A DNA stretch of 64,000 nucleotides from a bacterium (GCA_043719295.1 JAYSUD010000001.1:97700-161699), one strand, 5' to 3'. Shown: positions 9,806 through 19,770, numbered from the stretch's first letter. The notes: generated by a model not told the origin, from the sequence alone. A program made the numbers and translations.

Positions 9806-10693
9806 ATGTCACGTATACCAAAAACGCATACTGCTATATTGTCGCTCCGTGAGCGGTTTTACAAAGCATTGCCTGGTAAAGAATCTTTACTCCAAATCAT
9901 TAATGAAATTGAAGTATCTGAGCATGTATACAACTCAAACGCCATAGAAAATAGTACGCTAACTTTAGAAGAAACTGAAAAAATTCTTCAGGAGATTGAT
10001 CTATCTCGATATGTGAGTGAAAGAGAATTATTTGAAGCAAAAAACTTAGCTCTGGTAATGAAGTATATAGAAAAGAAGGCTAAAGTGACTGATCCGTCAA
10101 AAGATGTGCTTCTCCTCCTTCATAAAATGTTGCTAGGTAATATTAAGGAAGATATTGCAGGTCGATTTCGGATGCCAACTGAATGGGTGAAAGTCGGAAA
10201 TTATATAGCTGCAAACCCAGCTGATGTCACAAAATTACTTGATTCGATGTTAATTTGCCTACAAACAAACAATCAGGAAAATATCATAAAACGAATTGCA
10301 GAACTTCATCTCACCTTTGAACACATTCACCCATTTTGCGACGGCAATGGTCGAATTGGACGAGTGCTCAACAACTTCATTTTGCTAAAAGAAGGGTATG
10401 TTCCAATTAATATCGCATTTGCTAATAGAGCTGATTATTATGCAGCGTTCAGAAAATTTGATGCTGATGGTGATGTAAGTCTGATGGAAGTAATTGTAGG
10501 TCGTGCATTAACAAACAGTTATCATAAACGACTTGCGTATCTTGAGGGTAAAAAAATTGTGACGTTAAATGAATTTGCAAAAAGCCACAAGCTCTCCATT
10601 TCGAATTTAATCAATAAAGCTCATCGCCAAACAGTTGAAGCTTTTATTGAAAAGGGTGTCTGGAAAATTGCTGATTCATACAAAGTAAAATAA
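9806..10693 (+). CDS. Fic family protein (class II-like) with probable C-terminal HTH
   Basis: HPFCDGNGRIGR Fic motif; N-terminal inhibitory SNAIEN motif. Confidence 0.92.
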   Translation: MSRIPKTHTAILSLRERFYKALPGKESLLQIINEIEVSEHVYNSNAIENSTLTLEETEKILQEIDLSRYVSERELFEAKNLALVMKYIEKKAKVTDPSKDVLLLLHKMLLGNIKEDIAGRFRMPTEWVKVGNYIAANPADVTKLLDSMLICLQTNNQENIIKRIAELHLTFEHIHPFCDGNGRIGRVLNNFILLKEGYVPINIAFANRADYYAAFRKFDADGDVSLMEVIVGRALTNSYHKRLAYLEGKKIVTLNEFAKSHKLSISNLINKAHRQTVEAFIEKGVWKIADSYKVK

Positions 10694-10722
10694 TCTTTAC
10701 CAACCTTGGTAGCTTCCATCAT

Positions 10723-11016
10723 ATGCCCCTCCAACAAACACTTATTTTCATCTTAATCCTCATAAACACTATCTCATTCTTTGTAGTAGCAAACGACAAA
10801 CGGAAGGCAATGCAGAGAGGTGACTCCGAACGCATCCCTGAAGGGCTAATCTTCTTCCTAGCTACTGCCTTCGGCAGTATTGGTGTATACGCCAGCATGC
10901 TCATATTCCGCCACAAAACCCGCAAATGGTACTTTCAGGTGGGTATTCCACTCCTAATTTTGCAAAATATAGCATTGCTGTATCTCATCAATGCTTATTT
11001 TGCATTGTATGTTTAG
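10723..11016 (+). CDS. DUF1294 family membrane protein
   Basis: DKRKA...RIPE...GSIG...FRHKTRK signature. Confidence 0.85.
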   Translation: MPLQQTLIFILILINTISFFVVANDKRKAMQRGDSERIPEGLIFFLATAFGSIGVYASMLIFRHKTRKWYFQVGIPLLILQNIALLYLINAYFALYV

Positions 11017-11046
11017 TGATTATTTAACTGTAGTATACTGAGCATT

Positions 11047-12048
11047 ATGACTGATCATCCAAAAAACTCACAAATTGTAATTTACAAAACTCCTACTGGT
11101 GAGACTAAAATTGATGTCCGGTTTGATGGTGCTACTGTATGGCTCAGTCTTGAACAAATGGCTGAGTTATTCGGTAAAGCAAAATCAACTATAAACGAGC
11201 ATGTTCTCAATATTTTTACTGAAGGTGAGCTCAAAGAATCCTTAGTTTTACAGAAAATCGGAAATTCCGATTTTCTTGAAAAACCAACAAATTACTACAA
11301 TCTTGATGTCATTATTTCAGTTGGGTATAGGGTAAAGTCACTTCAAGGTACTAGATTTCGACAATGGGCGACAGAGAGACTTTCTGAGTATATTGTAAAA
11401 GGCTTTGTTATTGATAGTGAGCGATTAAAAAATCCAGATGTTCCCTTTGATTATTTCGAAGAATTAGAGCGAACAATTGCTGACATTCGTTCGAGTGAAA
11501 AGAGGTTTTATCGAAAGATAACTGATATTTATGCCACCAGCGTTGATTATGATCCAACTAATGACCATAGTCTACTTTTTTTTAAAACAGTACAAAATAA
11601 AGTTCACTTTGCTATAACTGGTAATACAGCTGCAGAAATCGTCGTCGACAGGATAGACGAGCAAAAACCAAATCTTGGTTTAACCTACACGAGAGGTGTA
11701 AAACCAACAAAAGAAGAAATTTCAATCGCAAAAAATTATTATTCGCAAGAAGAGTTGCTTCAACTCAATGCTTTAGTAGAACAATACTTAGTTTTCGCCA
11801 CAGAACAAGCTCGGCGACGGGTATCGATGACTATGCAGGATTGGATAGATAAATTACATGGTTTTCTGAATCTTAACGAACGGGACATTTTAACCGACGC
11901 TGGAAAAATCTCTCATGAAATGATGATTGAAATTACGAATGAAAAGTTTGATCATTATAAAACTAGACAATCAACTATAGATACTGAGTTTGATGATACA
12001 GTGCTTAAAGTACTAGAACAGATCGGTAAAGATGCTTCAAGTAAATAA
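11047..12048 (+). CDS. RhuM family protein
   Basis: VWLSLEQMAELF, YNLDVIISVGYRVKS, FRQWAT, IRSSEKRFYRKITDIYATS. Confidence 0.9.
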   Translation: MTDHPKNSQIVIYKTPTGETKIDVRFDGATVWLSLEQMAELFGKAKSTINEHVLNIFTEGELKESLVLQKIGNSDFLEKPTNYYNLDVIISVGYRVKSLQGTRFRQWATERLSEYIVKGFVIDSERLKNPDVPFDYFEELERTIADIRSSEKRFYRKITDIYATSVDYDPTNDHSLLFFKTVQNKVHFAITGNTAAEIVVDRIDEQKPNLGLTYTRGVKPTKEEISIAKNYYSQEELLQLNALVEQYLVFATEQARRRVSMTMQDWIDKLHGFLNLNERDILTDAGKISHEMMIEITNEKFDHYKTRQSTIDTEFDDTVLKVLEQIGKDASSK

Positions 12049-12266
12049 CAAGACAAACGCATATCTACATCCCCCAGCAGCCTAAAACGCACCTAGACAC
12101 ACCATTCTTCATGGCCGCCGCCTTCGGCGCCATAGGTGTCTACACCGCCATACTCTTCTTCCGCCACAAAACAAGAAAGTGGTACTTTCAAATAGGGATT
12201 CCGCTCCTTATTATCCAGAACTTAGCCGCCGCCTACACCACATGGCAATTTGTCTTTATAAATTGA
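12049..12266 (+). pseudogene. degraded second DUF1294 copy
   Basis: QDKRIS..KRT* then a frameshift into FFMAAAFGAIGVYTAILFFRHKTRKWYFQIGIPLLIIQN, aligning with 10723-11016. N-terminus missing. Confidence 0.8.
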
Positions 12267-12298
12267 GAAAACAGGGCTTAAGTGCTACTCTTTAAGTA

Positions 12299-14686
12299 AT
12301 GAATCTCTACGAAACGCTCCAGCTTGCCAAAAGTGAGGAAGATGTGAAAGATGCGTACATAAAAGCGCTTGGGCTTAAGACTTTTTCTAAAGGTCTTATT
12401 GATATTCAAACAAAAGAAATTTGGTTTGAAGCAAAAGATAAAAGCAACACTACTACATACAAGATGCTCACGCAGCTCTTGCACTATGTGAAGCAATGGA
12501 TGGAACACGGTGAAGAGATTCCGCCATTTTTGTGTGCGATTGATACCGAAAAAGCAGCAATCATGAAAACTGCAGACGCACTGCCACTGTTTGAACGGAA
12601 GGACATCAAGTGGGGAAAGTCTGCAAGTGACGTTACTCCTGAAGCGCTTGAGGCTGTCTCAACATTTATTGGTACACGTTTTGTCTCCTACCGCATCGCA
12701 ACCCACGAACAGGAGTTTATTGATGCAGTAAAAACAGCAATTAAAAACGGCGACATCATCCGTACTGAAATCAAACCAGCAAACATCAAGTCTGTTTTCG
12801 ACAAGTGGGTAGACATGATTGGAAAAGAGATTGGTGACGTTGCGCCAGAGAAGTACGCACTCCTTTTCTTTGCCGACATCATGCATGACGGCACAGTTTC
12901 AACACATAAAGACCTTCCTGCAGAACTCTTGTACAAAGACGGACAACCTGTGTTTCTTCTTGAGGGTAAACTCTATGAACTTGGGAACAAAGAAGGGTAC
13001 CGTCAGTTCTGGGCAATCTACCATAAACCACCACGAGAAGAGCACCGAAACGCAATGCTCGAACGACGTGACACACTCATTCCGTACGACGAACGGAGTT
13101 TTAAAGGTGCCTACTACACCCCACTTCACGTAGTGGATAAAGCGTACGACAAACTCACTGAAACGCTGGGTGACAATTGGCAAGATGAGTACATTGTGTG
13201 GGATATGTGTTGCGGAGTGGGGAACCTCGAAGTTAAACACTCAAACCACCGTAACCTTTACATGTCGACACTCGACCAAGCAGACATCGACGTAATGAAA
13301 GCAACAAAAACCTGCGCAGCTGCAGAACGTTTTCAATATGACTATTTAAATGATGATATTACTGACGATGGAAAGATTGACTACTCACTTACAAATAAAG
13401 TTCCTGCGGGACTTCGCAAAGCAATAGCCGATGGCAAGAAAATTCTAGTGCTCATAAACCCACCATATGCGGAAGCTGGTGAGGGTATTGGAGAAGGAAA
13501 TAAAGAAAAAGTTGCTAAGACAAAGTTCTCAGCTACTGCAATGGAAAACTGGGGGAAAGCAAGTAATGAATTATTTACGCAATTCGTAGCTCGCATTTCA
13601 CAAGAAATACCAACTGCAACTCTCGCAATGTTCAGTAAATTAAAATATGTTAATGCACCTAATTTTGAAAAATTTAGACAAGCATGGAATTCGGAATACT
13701 TAGATGGATTTATTGTCCATAGTAAAGCATTTGATGGTCTAAAAGGACTATTTCCAATTGGTTTCCTTATCTGGAAAACATATCCTGATTCAAAAGATAA
13801 ATTCGAAATAACTGAAGTTACAACTGATGTTTTAGATAAATATGCTTTACCAATTGGAGCAAAGAAATTCTATAATTTACCCAATGACGCTTTTTTAAAC
13901 AAGTGGTTAGATAGACCAAAACCAAACACTACAGAAGTAGTACCTTTAAAAAACACAGTGTCAGTATCAACTGCTCAAAACACTGTAACTCTTTCAAAAT
14001 GGTCAGATGGGGCAGTTGGGTATTTTTTCTGTGACAGCAATGACTTCCAAAATGCAGCACAGTCAACAGTATTACTTTCTTCTACATATTTTAAAGGGCA
14101 TGGCTTTTATATAACTGAAGATAACTTATGGCAGTCATCGATAATCTTTTCAGTGCGTCGCTTAATTAAACCAACTTGGCAAAACGATCGTGATCAATTC
14201 TTACAACCAACAGGTGAGCTCACTGACGAATTCAAAAATGATTGTCTTATATGGATACTATTTAATGGAAGTAACTTAACAGCAAGTGCAAATGACCTTG
14301 AATGGAACGACAAAAAGTGGTCAATTGTAAATCATTTTATTCCGTACACTGAAAGTGAAGTTGGAGCGCCAGGACGTTTTGAAAGTGACTTTATGGTGGG
14401 GTACATGAAAGACAAAGTGTTTTCAGAGAAAGCACAGGCGGTACTCGCAGATGGGAAGAAGCTTTGGAGTGCATACTTTGAACACACCGACCCACACACC
14501 GTCCGCGAAGAACTCAAGCTCAACCGCCCCGACGTCGGCTGGTACCAAATCCGCAACGCGCTGAAGCGCCGCAACGAAAGTGGCGACTACAACCCCATCT
14601 CATTCACCGAGTTTGAAACCACCTACAAACTCCTCACCGAAAAACTCCGTCCCCAAGTGTATAGTCTTGGTTTCCTAAAAGAATAA
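12299..14686 (+). CDS. fused endonuclease-DNA methyltransferase (type IIG-like R-M enzyme)
   Basis: N-terminal ID...FEAK nuclease-like motif; GAYYTP; WDMCCGVGNL (SAM binding); NPPY (amino-MTase). Confidence 0.8.
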   Translation: MNLYETLQLAKSEEDVKDAYIKALGLKTFSKGLIDIQTKEIWFEAKDKSNTTTYKMLTQLLHYVKQWMEHGEEIPPFLCAIDTEKAAIMKTADALPLFERKDIKWGKSASDVTPEALEAVSTFIGTRFVSYRIATHEQEFIDAVKTAIKNGDIIRTEIKPANIKSVFDKWVDMIGKEIGDVAPEKYALLFFADIMHDGTVSTHKDLPAELLYKDGQPVFLLEGKLYELGNKEGYRQFWAIYHKPPREEHRNAMLERRDTLIPYDERSFKGAYYTPLHVVDKAYDKLTETLGDNWQDEYIVWDMCCGVGNLEVKHSNHRNLYMSTLDQADIDVMKATKTCAAAERFQYDYLNDDITDDGKIDYSLTNKVPAGLRKAIADGKKILVLINPPYAEAGEGIGEGNKEKVAKTKFSATAMENWGKASNELFTQFVARISQEIPTATLAMFSKLKYVNAPNFEKFRQAWNSEYLDGFIVHSKAFDGLKGLFPIGFLIWKTYPDSKDKFEITEVTTDVLDKYALPIGAKKFYNLPNDAFLNKWLDRPKPNTTEVVPLKNTVSVSTAQNTVTLSKWSDGAVGYFFCDSNDFQNAAQSTVLLSSTYFKGHGFYITEDNLWQSSIIFSVRRLIKPTWQNDRDQFLQPTGELTDEFKNDCLIWILFNGSNLTASANDLEWNDKKWSIVNHFIPYTESEVGAPGRFESDFMVGYMKDKVFSEKAQAVLADGKKLWSAYFEHTDPHTVREELKLNRPDVGWYQIRNALKRRNESGDYNPISFTEFETTYKLLTEKLRPQVYSLGFLKE

Positions 14687-14726
14687 CTTAGTTGACTGCA
14701 AAAATACTAGGCGTATATTATAGAAG

Positions 14727-15053
14727 ATGACAATCTCAAAAAATACACCTCTAAAAGGACAGTTTCGACATATTGTATTTAAAGACAAAGGTGTTTGGTA
14801 TGCAGTTGCACTTGAATTTAATATTGTCGAATCTAGTGATGATCCACGATTGGCGTACTTCAACCTACTACAAGCTGTTGACGGGTATATTGCTGCTATG
14901 CGGAAAATTAAGGGTGCTCGTAATTTCTCGCCCCTCAATCAGCCACCAGCGAAAGAGTACCAAGAGCTGTGGAATCAATTGAATTCTAATAAACCAGTAA
15001 AATCACCTTATCAAGTAAACTCTTTTGGAGTTTCTTCAACTACACATGCCTAA
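14727..15053 (+). CDS. HicB-like antitoxin
   Basis: KDKGVWYAVALEFNIVESSDD...NLLQAV HicB-like pattern; overlaps a HicA-like gene. Confidence 0.65.
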   Translation: MTISKNTPLKGQFRHIVFKDKGVWYAVALEFNIVESSDDPRLAYFNLLQAVDGYIAAMRKIKGARNFSPLNQPPAKEYQELWNQLNSNKPVKSPYQVNSFGVSSTTHA

Positions 15054-15273
15054 GAAGTTGCATAATTGGAAGTTTAGAGAGGTTGAGCGTTTTTTAAAGA
15101 ATAATGACTTTGTACTCCATCACACAAATGGTAGTCATTACTATTACATTGGCAACAGTGAGCATCTTGTATGCGTTCCATATCACGGAAGTATTGCAAT
15201 TAAAACACGCACTATGAAAGGAGTAATCACACAATCAGGTATTTCACAAAATGATTGGCTAAAAGATACGTAA
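15046..15273 (+). CDS. HicA family toxin
   Basis: EVERFLKNNDF...NGSHYYY...VPYHG...GVITQSG. Start at ATG 15046. Confidence 0.8.
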   Translation: MPKKLHNWKFREVERFLKNNDFVLHHTNGSHYYYIGNSEHLVCVPYHGSIAIKTRTMKGVITQSGISQNDWLKDT

Positions 15274-15405
15274 ACTGTACACTTTAAATATAGCTAATAA
15301 GGAAACTCGCAATGCATTTGTTGTAGGAATGTCAGAAGATGACGCAATTGCTCAGATTTCAATGAGTAAGTAGCTTATTTCTGTAAACTTACTGAACTTT
15401 GAAAT

Positions 15406-15443
15406 AATAAATCCCCTAAGTTTATGCTTCTAGGGGATTTATT
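15406..15443. terminator. bidirectional intrinsic terminator-like hairpin
   Basis: aataaatcccct...aggggatttatt between convergent genes. Confidence 0.65.
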
Positions 15444-15447
15444 TGTT

Positions 15448-15570
15448 TTACTTCTTATCTCGTCTCTGTCGAAGAGCAGAAGCAGCTGCTGTTTTTGAGT
15501 TCTTACCAGTACTACCACTTTTCAGTACTTTTGAAGCAGCTTTACCGGCTTTCTTTGATGTTTTTGCCAT
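15448..15570 (-). CDS. 40-aa basic K/S/A-rich small protein (absent from the ORF track)
   Basis: MAKTSKKAGKAASKVLKSGSTGKNSKTAAASALRQRRDKK*, followed directly by a terminator. Confidence 0.7.
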   Translation of the reverse strand: MAKTSKKAGKAASKVLKSGSTGKNSKTAAASALRQRRDKK

Positions 15571-15705
15571 TGTTTAAACACACGTTTACATCAGTCGACT
15601 TCCACCTTATGTGGCCTGATATTTTCATTATATCACACGCTGACAAGTTAACACTATACACAGTAAACTTGTAAAGATTCAAAAAAAGAGTAGTATACTG
15701 TTCTT

Positions 15706-16431
15706 ATGACTACTTGGATACAAAACAAACGTCAATCAGTAGGTTTATCTCAAACTGAAGTTGCAGAAAGTTTGGGTATTTCTCGACCGACGTATATAAA
15801 ACTTGAACGGGGGATTGCTGAACCTACAGAACACCAGAAGGCAATTCTTGCGAGTCTTTTTGATGTATCACGGGAGACTGTGACAAAAAAATCACTAGAG
15901 ACAGTGGGAGTTTCAAATGCAGTCTATGTAAAGGAAGTGCCTAAGGAGAACGTACAAAAGTTTGAGCAGGTATTACTCTATATAGTGAGTAAAGTGGGAA
16001 GTCGCCCAAATATTGGTCAGACTGCACTCTATAAACTGCTGTATTTTATTGATTTTGATTATTACGAAAAGTATCAGGAATATTTGATTGGCGCTGTGTA
16101 CATTAAAAACACTCATGGTCCAAGTCCTGTGTCGTTTGCTAAGATTGCGCGTAACCTAGAGACGTCGGGGAAACTTGTGTTGGTGCAGAGTAAATACTTT
16201 GGATTTGACCAGAAAAAGTATCTAGTAACCAGCGATACGGTAGTTTCTTATTTAAGTGCGCAGGAGCTTAAACATATTGACGATGAACTAGAACGACTTG
16301 CTTCAAAAAGCGCAAAGGAGCTTTCTGACCTATCACACATTGATACTCCATGGCGTGTTGCAAAGGAAAAGCAAGTTTTAAATTATCGTCATGCATTCTA
16401 TCGACCCGATGAAACTTCTGTAGTTGAATAA
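15706..16431 (+). CDS. XRE HTH plus DUF4065/Panacea (SocA-like) antitoxin
   Basis: LSQTEVAESLGISRPTYIKLERG HTH; LYKLLYFIDF...HGPSP...LSHIDTPW. Confidence 0.85.
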   Translation: MTTWIQNKRQSVGLSQTEVAESLGISRPTYIKLERGIAEPTEHQKAILASLFDVSRETVTKKSLETVGVSNAVYVKEVPKENVQKFEQVLLYIVSKVGSRPNIGQTALYKLLYFIDFDYYEKYQEYLIGAVYIKNTHGPSPVSFAKIARNLETSGKLVLVQSKYFGFDQKKYLVTSDTVVSYLSAQELKHIDDELERLASKSAKELSDLSHIDTPWRVAKEKQVLNYRHAFYRPDETSVVE

Positions 16432-16777
16432 ATTGTCTATGAGTATGTTTTCAGTGTTGCCAGAATTTGAGAAAGAATTAAAAAAGCTTTCAAAAAAATA
16501 TCCAACATTGCCTTCTGATATTGAAGACATTAAACCTATCCTTGAAGAGACTAAAACAGGAATTGGAAAAAATTTTACGATTATTGCAACTGCTAAAGAT
16601 GTTCAGATTGTAAAAGTGCGAATTTTGTGTGAATCACTCCGCTCAAGAACAGTGCGACTTATCTACGCGTACCATAAAAACAAAATTGAGTTTATGTATA
16701 TCGAGATATATTTTAAAGGTGATACAGAGAATGAAGATAAATCTAGAATTAAAGAATATTTAGAAGGACTCAGTTAG
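16424..16777 (+). CDS. RelE/HigB-like toxin
   Basis: FEKELKKLSKKYP...KVR...RLIY...IEIYFKGD; overlaps the antitoxin stop. Confidence 0.7.
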   Translation: MNKLSMSMFSVLPEFEKELKKLSKKYPTLPSDIEDIKPILEETKTGIGKNFTIIATAKDVQIVKVRILCESLRSRTVRLIYAYHKNKIEFMYIEIYFKGDTENEDKSRIKEYLEGLS

Positions 16778-16850
16778 AATGCAACAAATCAACTGCTAAA
16801 ATATAATATACAGGTCTAGTCTCTCTAAGTGTGAAGAAAATAACATAAAA

Positions 16851-17330
16851 CTATTTTTTCACCCCAACAAACTCGTTCAGCATTGCTAAGTATTGATCGG
16901 TGACTTTTTTAGGGATTTTAGGGTGAGTAAATGGTTTGATTACTCCTTTGTTCTTAATGATGGTGTCTACTTGATCAAAATAGAACCCCTGTGGTGTAGC
17001 GATAAATAATGCAGCGTTACGCCATGAACGTTCTATCTCTTTTGCTATTGCGTTCACTTTGCCGTTGGTACGAGTAGCCATGTACTTTATTTCTACAAGT
17101 GTCACATTGTGATTTTCTTCATTTACAATGGCATAGTCGGGAGCTTTACGAACAATCTCTATCATTGCCCGAGCGTCTGCACTTTGTTTCGCTTTTGCAA
17201 GTTGATGTACTACTTTTTCATACCCAAATTCTAGAACGGTATATCCTTTAGTGTTGTGAATCATTTGTTCAAATATAATTTCTGCAATTTTCCCCTTAAT
17301 AAGCTCGTGTGTAAATTTTATGTTGTTCAT
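16851..17330 (-). CDS. putative PD-(D/E)XK nuclease
   Basis: KGKIAE...PDYAIV...LVEIK. Start at ATG 17330, 8 nt after TATACT. Confidence 0.6.
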   Translation of the reverse strand: MNNIKFTHELIKGKIAEIIFEQMIHNTKGYTVLEFGYEKVVHQLAKAKQSADARAMIEIVRKAPDYAIVNEENHNVTLVEIKYMATRTNGKVNAIAKEIERSWRNAALFIATPQGFYFDQVDTIIKNKGVIKPFTHPKIPKKVTDQYLAMLNEFVGVKK

Positions 17331-17406
17331 ATACGGTAAGTATACTCCCGACTTCAGACTGGTAATGATACGAATCCCCACGTCCTTATCGTGCTACCAT
17401 TAACTC

Positions 17407-18414
17407 ATGATAAAAAAATCTACCAAAACCGAATTGGTTATTTTTAAGGGAAGTAAGGGGCAGGTTAAGCTTCGAGGAGATTTTCATAATGATACGTTGT
17501 GGGCGACACAAGCCGAGATTGCTGAATTATTCGATGTGGATGTTCGAACAATAAATGAGCACCTCAAGAATATCTACCGTACTGAAGAACTGTCAAAAAA
17601 AGCAACTATCCGGAATTTCCGGATAGTTAAAACAGAAGGAAATCGAAACGTCGAGCGTGATGTTTTTCACTATAATTTGGATGCAATAATTTCAACTGGA
17701 TATCGTGTAAATAGCAAAAAAGCTACTCAATTCCGCCAATGGGCAACAAATGTTGTAAAGTTACATATTACTGATGGCTTCACCATCAACAAAAGCCGTA
17801 TCGCCACCAACTATGAGGACTTTATGAAGGCAGTTACCCTTGTAAAGAATCTTGCTCCAAAGAGGAGTAATGTCGATACAGAATCGGTTCTTGAACTTGT
17901 ACAGCTTTTTGCTGACACGTGGTTCTCCCTTGATGCGTATGATAAAGAAGCGCTTGCTCCGGGAAAGGTTAATAAAAAGAAAGTTAAACTGACTTCTGTA
18001 GAATTCTTGGAAAATGTGACTGTACTCAAAGGCGAGCTCATACGAAAAGGAGAAGCTACAGAAAACTTTGCTTTAGAACGCAATCGTGAAGCAGTTGAGG
18101 GTATTATCGGTAACGTGATGCAGAGCTTTGGTGGGAAAGAAGTGTACCCGACAATAGAAGAGAAAGCGGCACACTTGATGTACTTTATCATCAAGAATCA
18201 TCCGTTTGTTGATGGTAACAAACGTACGGGTGCCTATGCATTAGTCTGGTTCTTGCAAAAGATGAAAGTGCTTGATATACATCGTCTATCGCCAACTGCA
18301 CTTACGGCACTCACACTCCTTGTAGCGGAAAGTAATCCAAAAGACAAAGAAAAAGTGGTAGCACTTGTGGTCTTACTGATAGCAGGACCAATACAGAAAA
18401 ATCGGAAGAAGTAA
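17407..18414 (+). CDS. RhuM-Fic/Doc fusion protein
   Basis: RhuM N-terminus (LWATQAEIAELF, YNLDAIISTGYRVNS) plus Doc-type HPFVDGNKRTG. Confidence 0.9.
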   Translation: MIKKSTKTELVIFKGSKGQVKLRGDFHNDTLWATQAEIAELFDVDVRTINEHLKNIYRTEELSKKATIRNFRIVKTEGNRNVERDVFHYNLDAIISTGYRVNSKKATQFRQWATNVVKLHITDGFTINKSRIATNYEDFMKAVTLVKNLAPKRSNVDTESVLELVQLFADTWFSLDAYDKEALAPGKVNKKKVKLTSVEFLENVTVLKGELIRKGEATENFALERNREAVEGIIGNVMQSFGGKEVYPTIEEKAAHLMYFIIKNHPFVDGNKRTGAYALVWFLQKMKVLDIHRLSPTALTALTLLVAESNPKDKEKVVALVVLLIAGPIQKNRKK

Positions 18415-18415
18415 C

Positions 18416-19027
18416 ATGTTCCCAAAAAGCTCAAATGAATACAAACTACTTTCTAAACTCAATACACCTCAAAAGGTGCAGACTTTCTTGGAATCTATTC
18501 CCTTTAACCATGAGGAAAATGGGATGACGTGCAGGTCGGGGTATCTCGCTTTAAAAGAGAATAAGGCACACTGTATCGAAGGAGCGTTTATTGGAGCTTT
18601 TGCATTACACTTGCAAGGCAGAGATGCAACACTTGTGAGTTTAAAAGTGAAGAAACCTGATGATGATCACGTTATTGTACTTTTTAAAGAAAACGGTTTC
18701 TACGGAGCGTTAAGCAAAACAAACCACCCCGTGCTTCGCTATCGCGATCCTGTGTACAAAACAGTTCGTGAACTCGTTATGTCGTACTTTCATGAGTATT
18801 TTTTATATACAAATGGAAAGAAAACACTTCAAGGCTACACTAAGCCCATTAACTTAAAGCGCTATGGCACAAAATGGATAACAGGAGAAGAAGATGTGTG
18901 GGAGATTGGAAACGATATTTATAATCTACCAATAATCACCATCGTTCCTGACGCAAACAAACACCTCCTTCGTAACGCAACTCAATTTGAACGTACTTCA
19001 CTTGATGTGCAAGAGTGGAAGCAATAA
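18416..19027 (+). CDS. conserved protein with transglutaminase/papain-like Cys-His motifs
   Basis: AHCIEGA...DDDHVI...KTNHPVLRYRDPVY. Confidence 0.6.
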   Translation: MFPKSSNEYKLLSKLNTPQKVQTFLESIPFNHEENGMTCRSGYLALKENKAHCIEGAFIGAFALHLQGRDATLVSLKVKKPDDDHVIVLFKENGFYGALSKTNHPVLRYRDPVYKTVRELVMSYFHEYFLYTNGKKTLQGYTKPINLKRYGTKWITGEEDVWEIGNDIYNLPIITIVPDANKHLLRNATQFERTSLDVQEWKQ

Positions 19028-19154
19028 AGCAAGGTAGTATCTTTTAAATTTCATTTTCAGTATCTGGTTTAAGTTCAGAAAATCAGTTTTATTATACTTG
19101 TGTCAAAATTGTATCAATGCTTTAATTCCTGTTGGTTCAAAACAGGGGACTCCA

Positions 19155-19622
19155 ATGTTTGAGACATTCATCGACTTCTCGGTAAACGGTAGAGACTATA
19201 GTGATTGGGTCTTGTTGGTTAATCGCCTTGCTATCGGGTTGTTCTGTGCAATTTCGTGTTTTCACAAGCTCTTTGTCAAAGAAAGACAAGAACAACTTGT
19301 GCAAACACTTATCGCGTGCAAGATACCTTTTGTGAGTTTTTGCAGATGGTTTGTGCCACTGGTTGAGTTCTTTGGTGGTTTAGCTGTAATTTCTGGTGTT
19401 CTCGCACCACTTGCAGCACTTGGACTACTGATAATTTTCTTGGTCGCTTTGTATACTGAAGGACCCAAGAGAATTAAGGAGTTCAAACCCATCAACGCTG
19501 CTGACTACTTGGATGATGTTCTCTATTTGTCTGAAACAACGTACGTGGTGATGGCATTGTTCGTTATGTTCATTGGTACGGGGAAGTACACCTTTATGTG
19601 GGTTGTTATACTCCTTTTCTAA
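19155..19622 (+). CDS. DoxX family membrane protein
   Basis: RLAIGLF...HKL...VEFFGG...GTGKYT. SD-like AGGGG before ATG 19155; hairpin-U tract at 19653-19681. Confidence 0.8.
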   Translation: MFETFIDFSVNGRDYSDWVLLVNRLAIGLFCAISCFHKLFVKERQEQLVQTLIACKIPFVSFCRWFVPLVEFFGGLAVISGVLAPLAALGLLIIFLVALYTEGPKRIKEFKPINAADYLDDVLYLSETTYVVMALFVMFIGTGKYTFMWVVILLF

Positions 19623-19770
19623 CCAGTTTTGTTATTTATAGGTAGTGATGTGTGCTCCTGCAATTTGGCAGGAGCATTTTTGATATTTAATGTATAGATA
19701 TACACAGATCTCAACTTTATGTGTTATCAAAAAGTACATTTGTACTTGTTTGTACGTGATACCATTAAGT

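Noticed and set aside
15292-15373. Short open frame ANKETRNAFVVGMSEDDAIAQISMSK*
   Set aside because: Possibly a gene remnant, but it has no convincing start or recognisable family.
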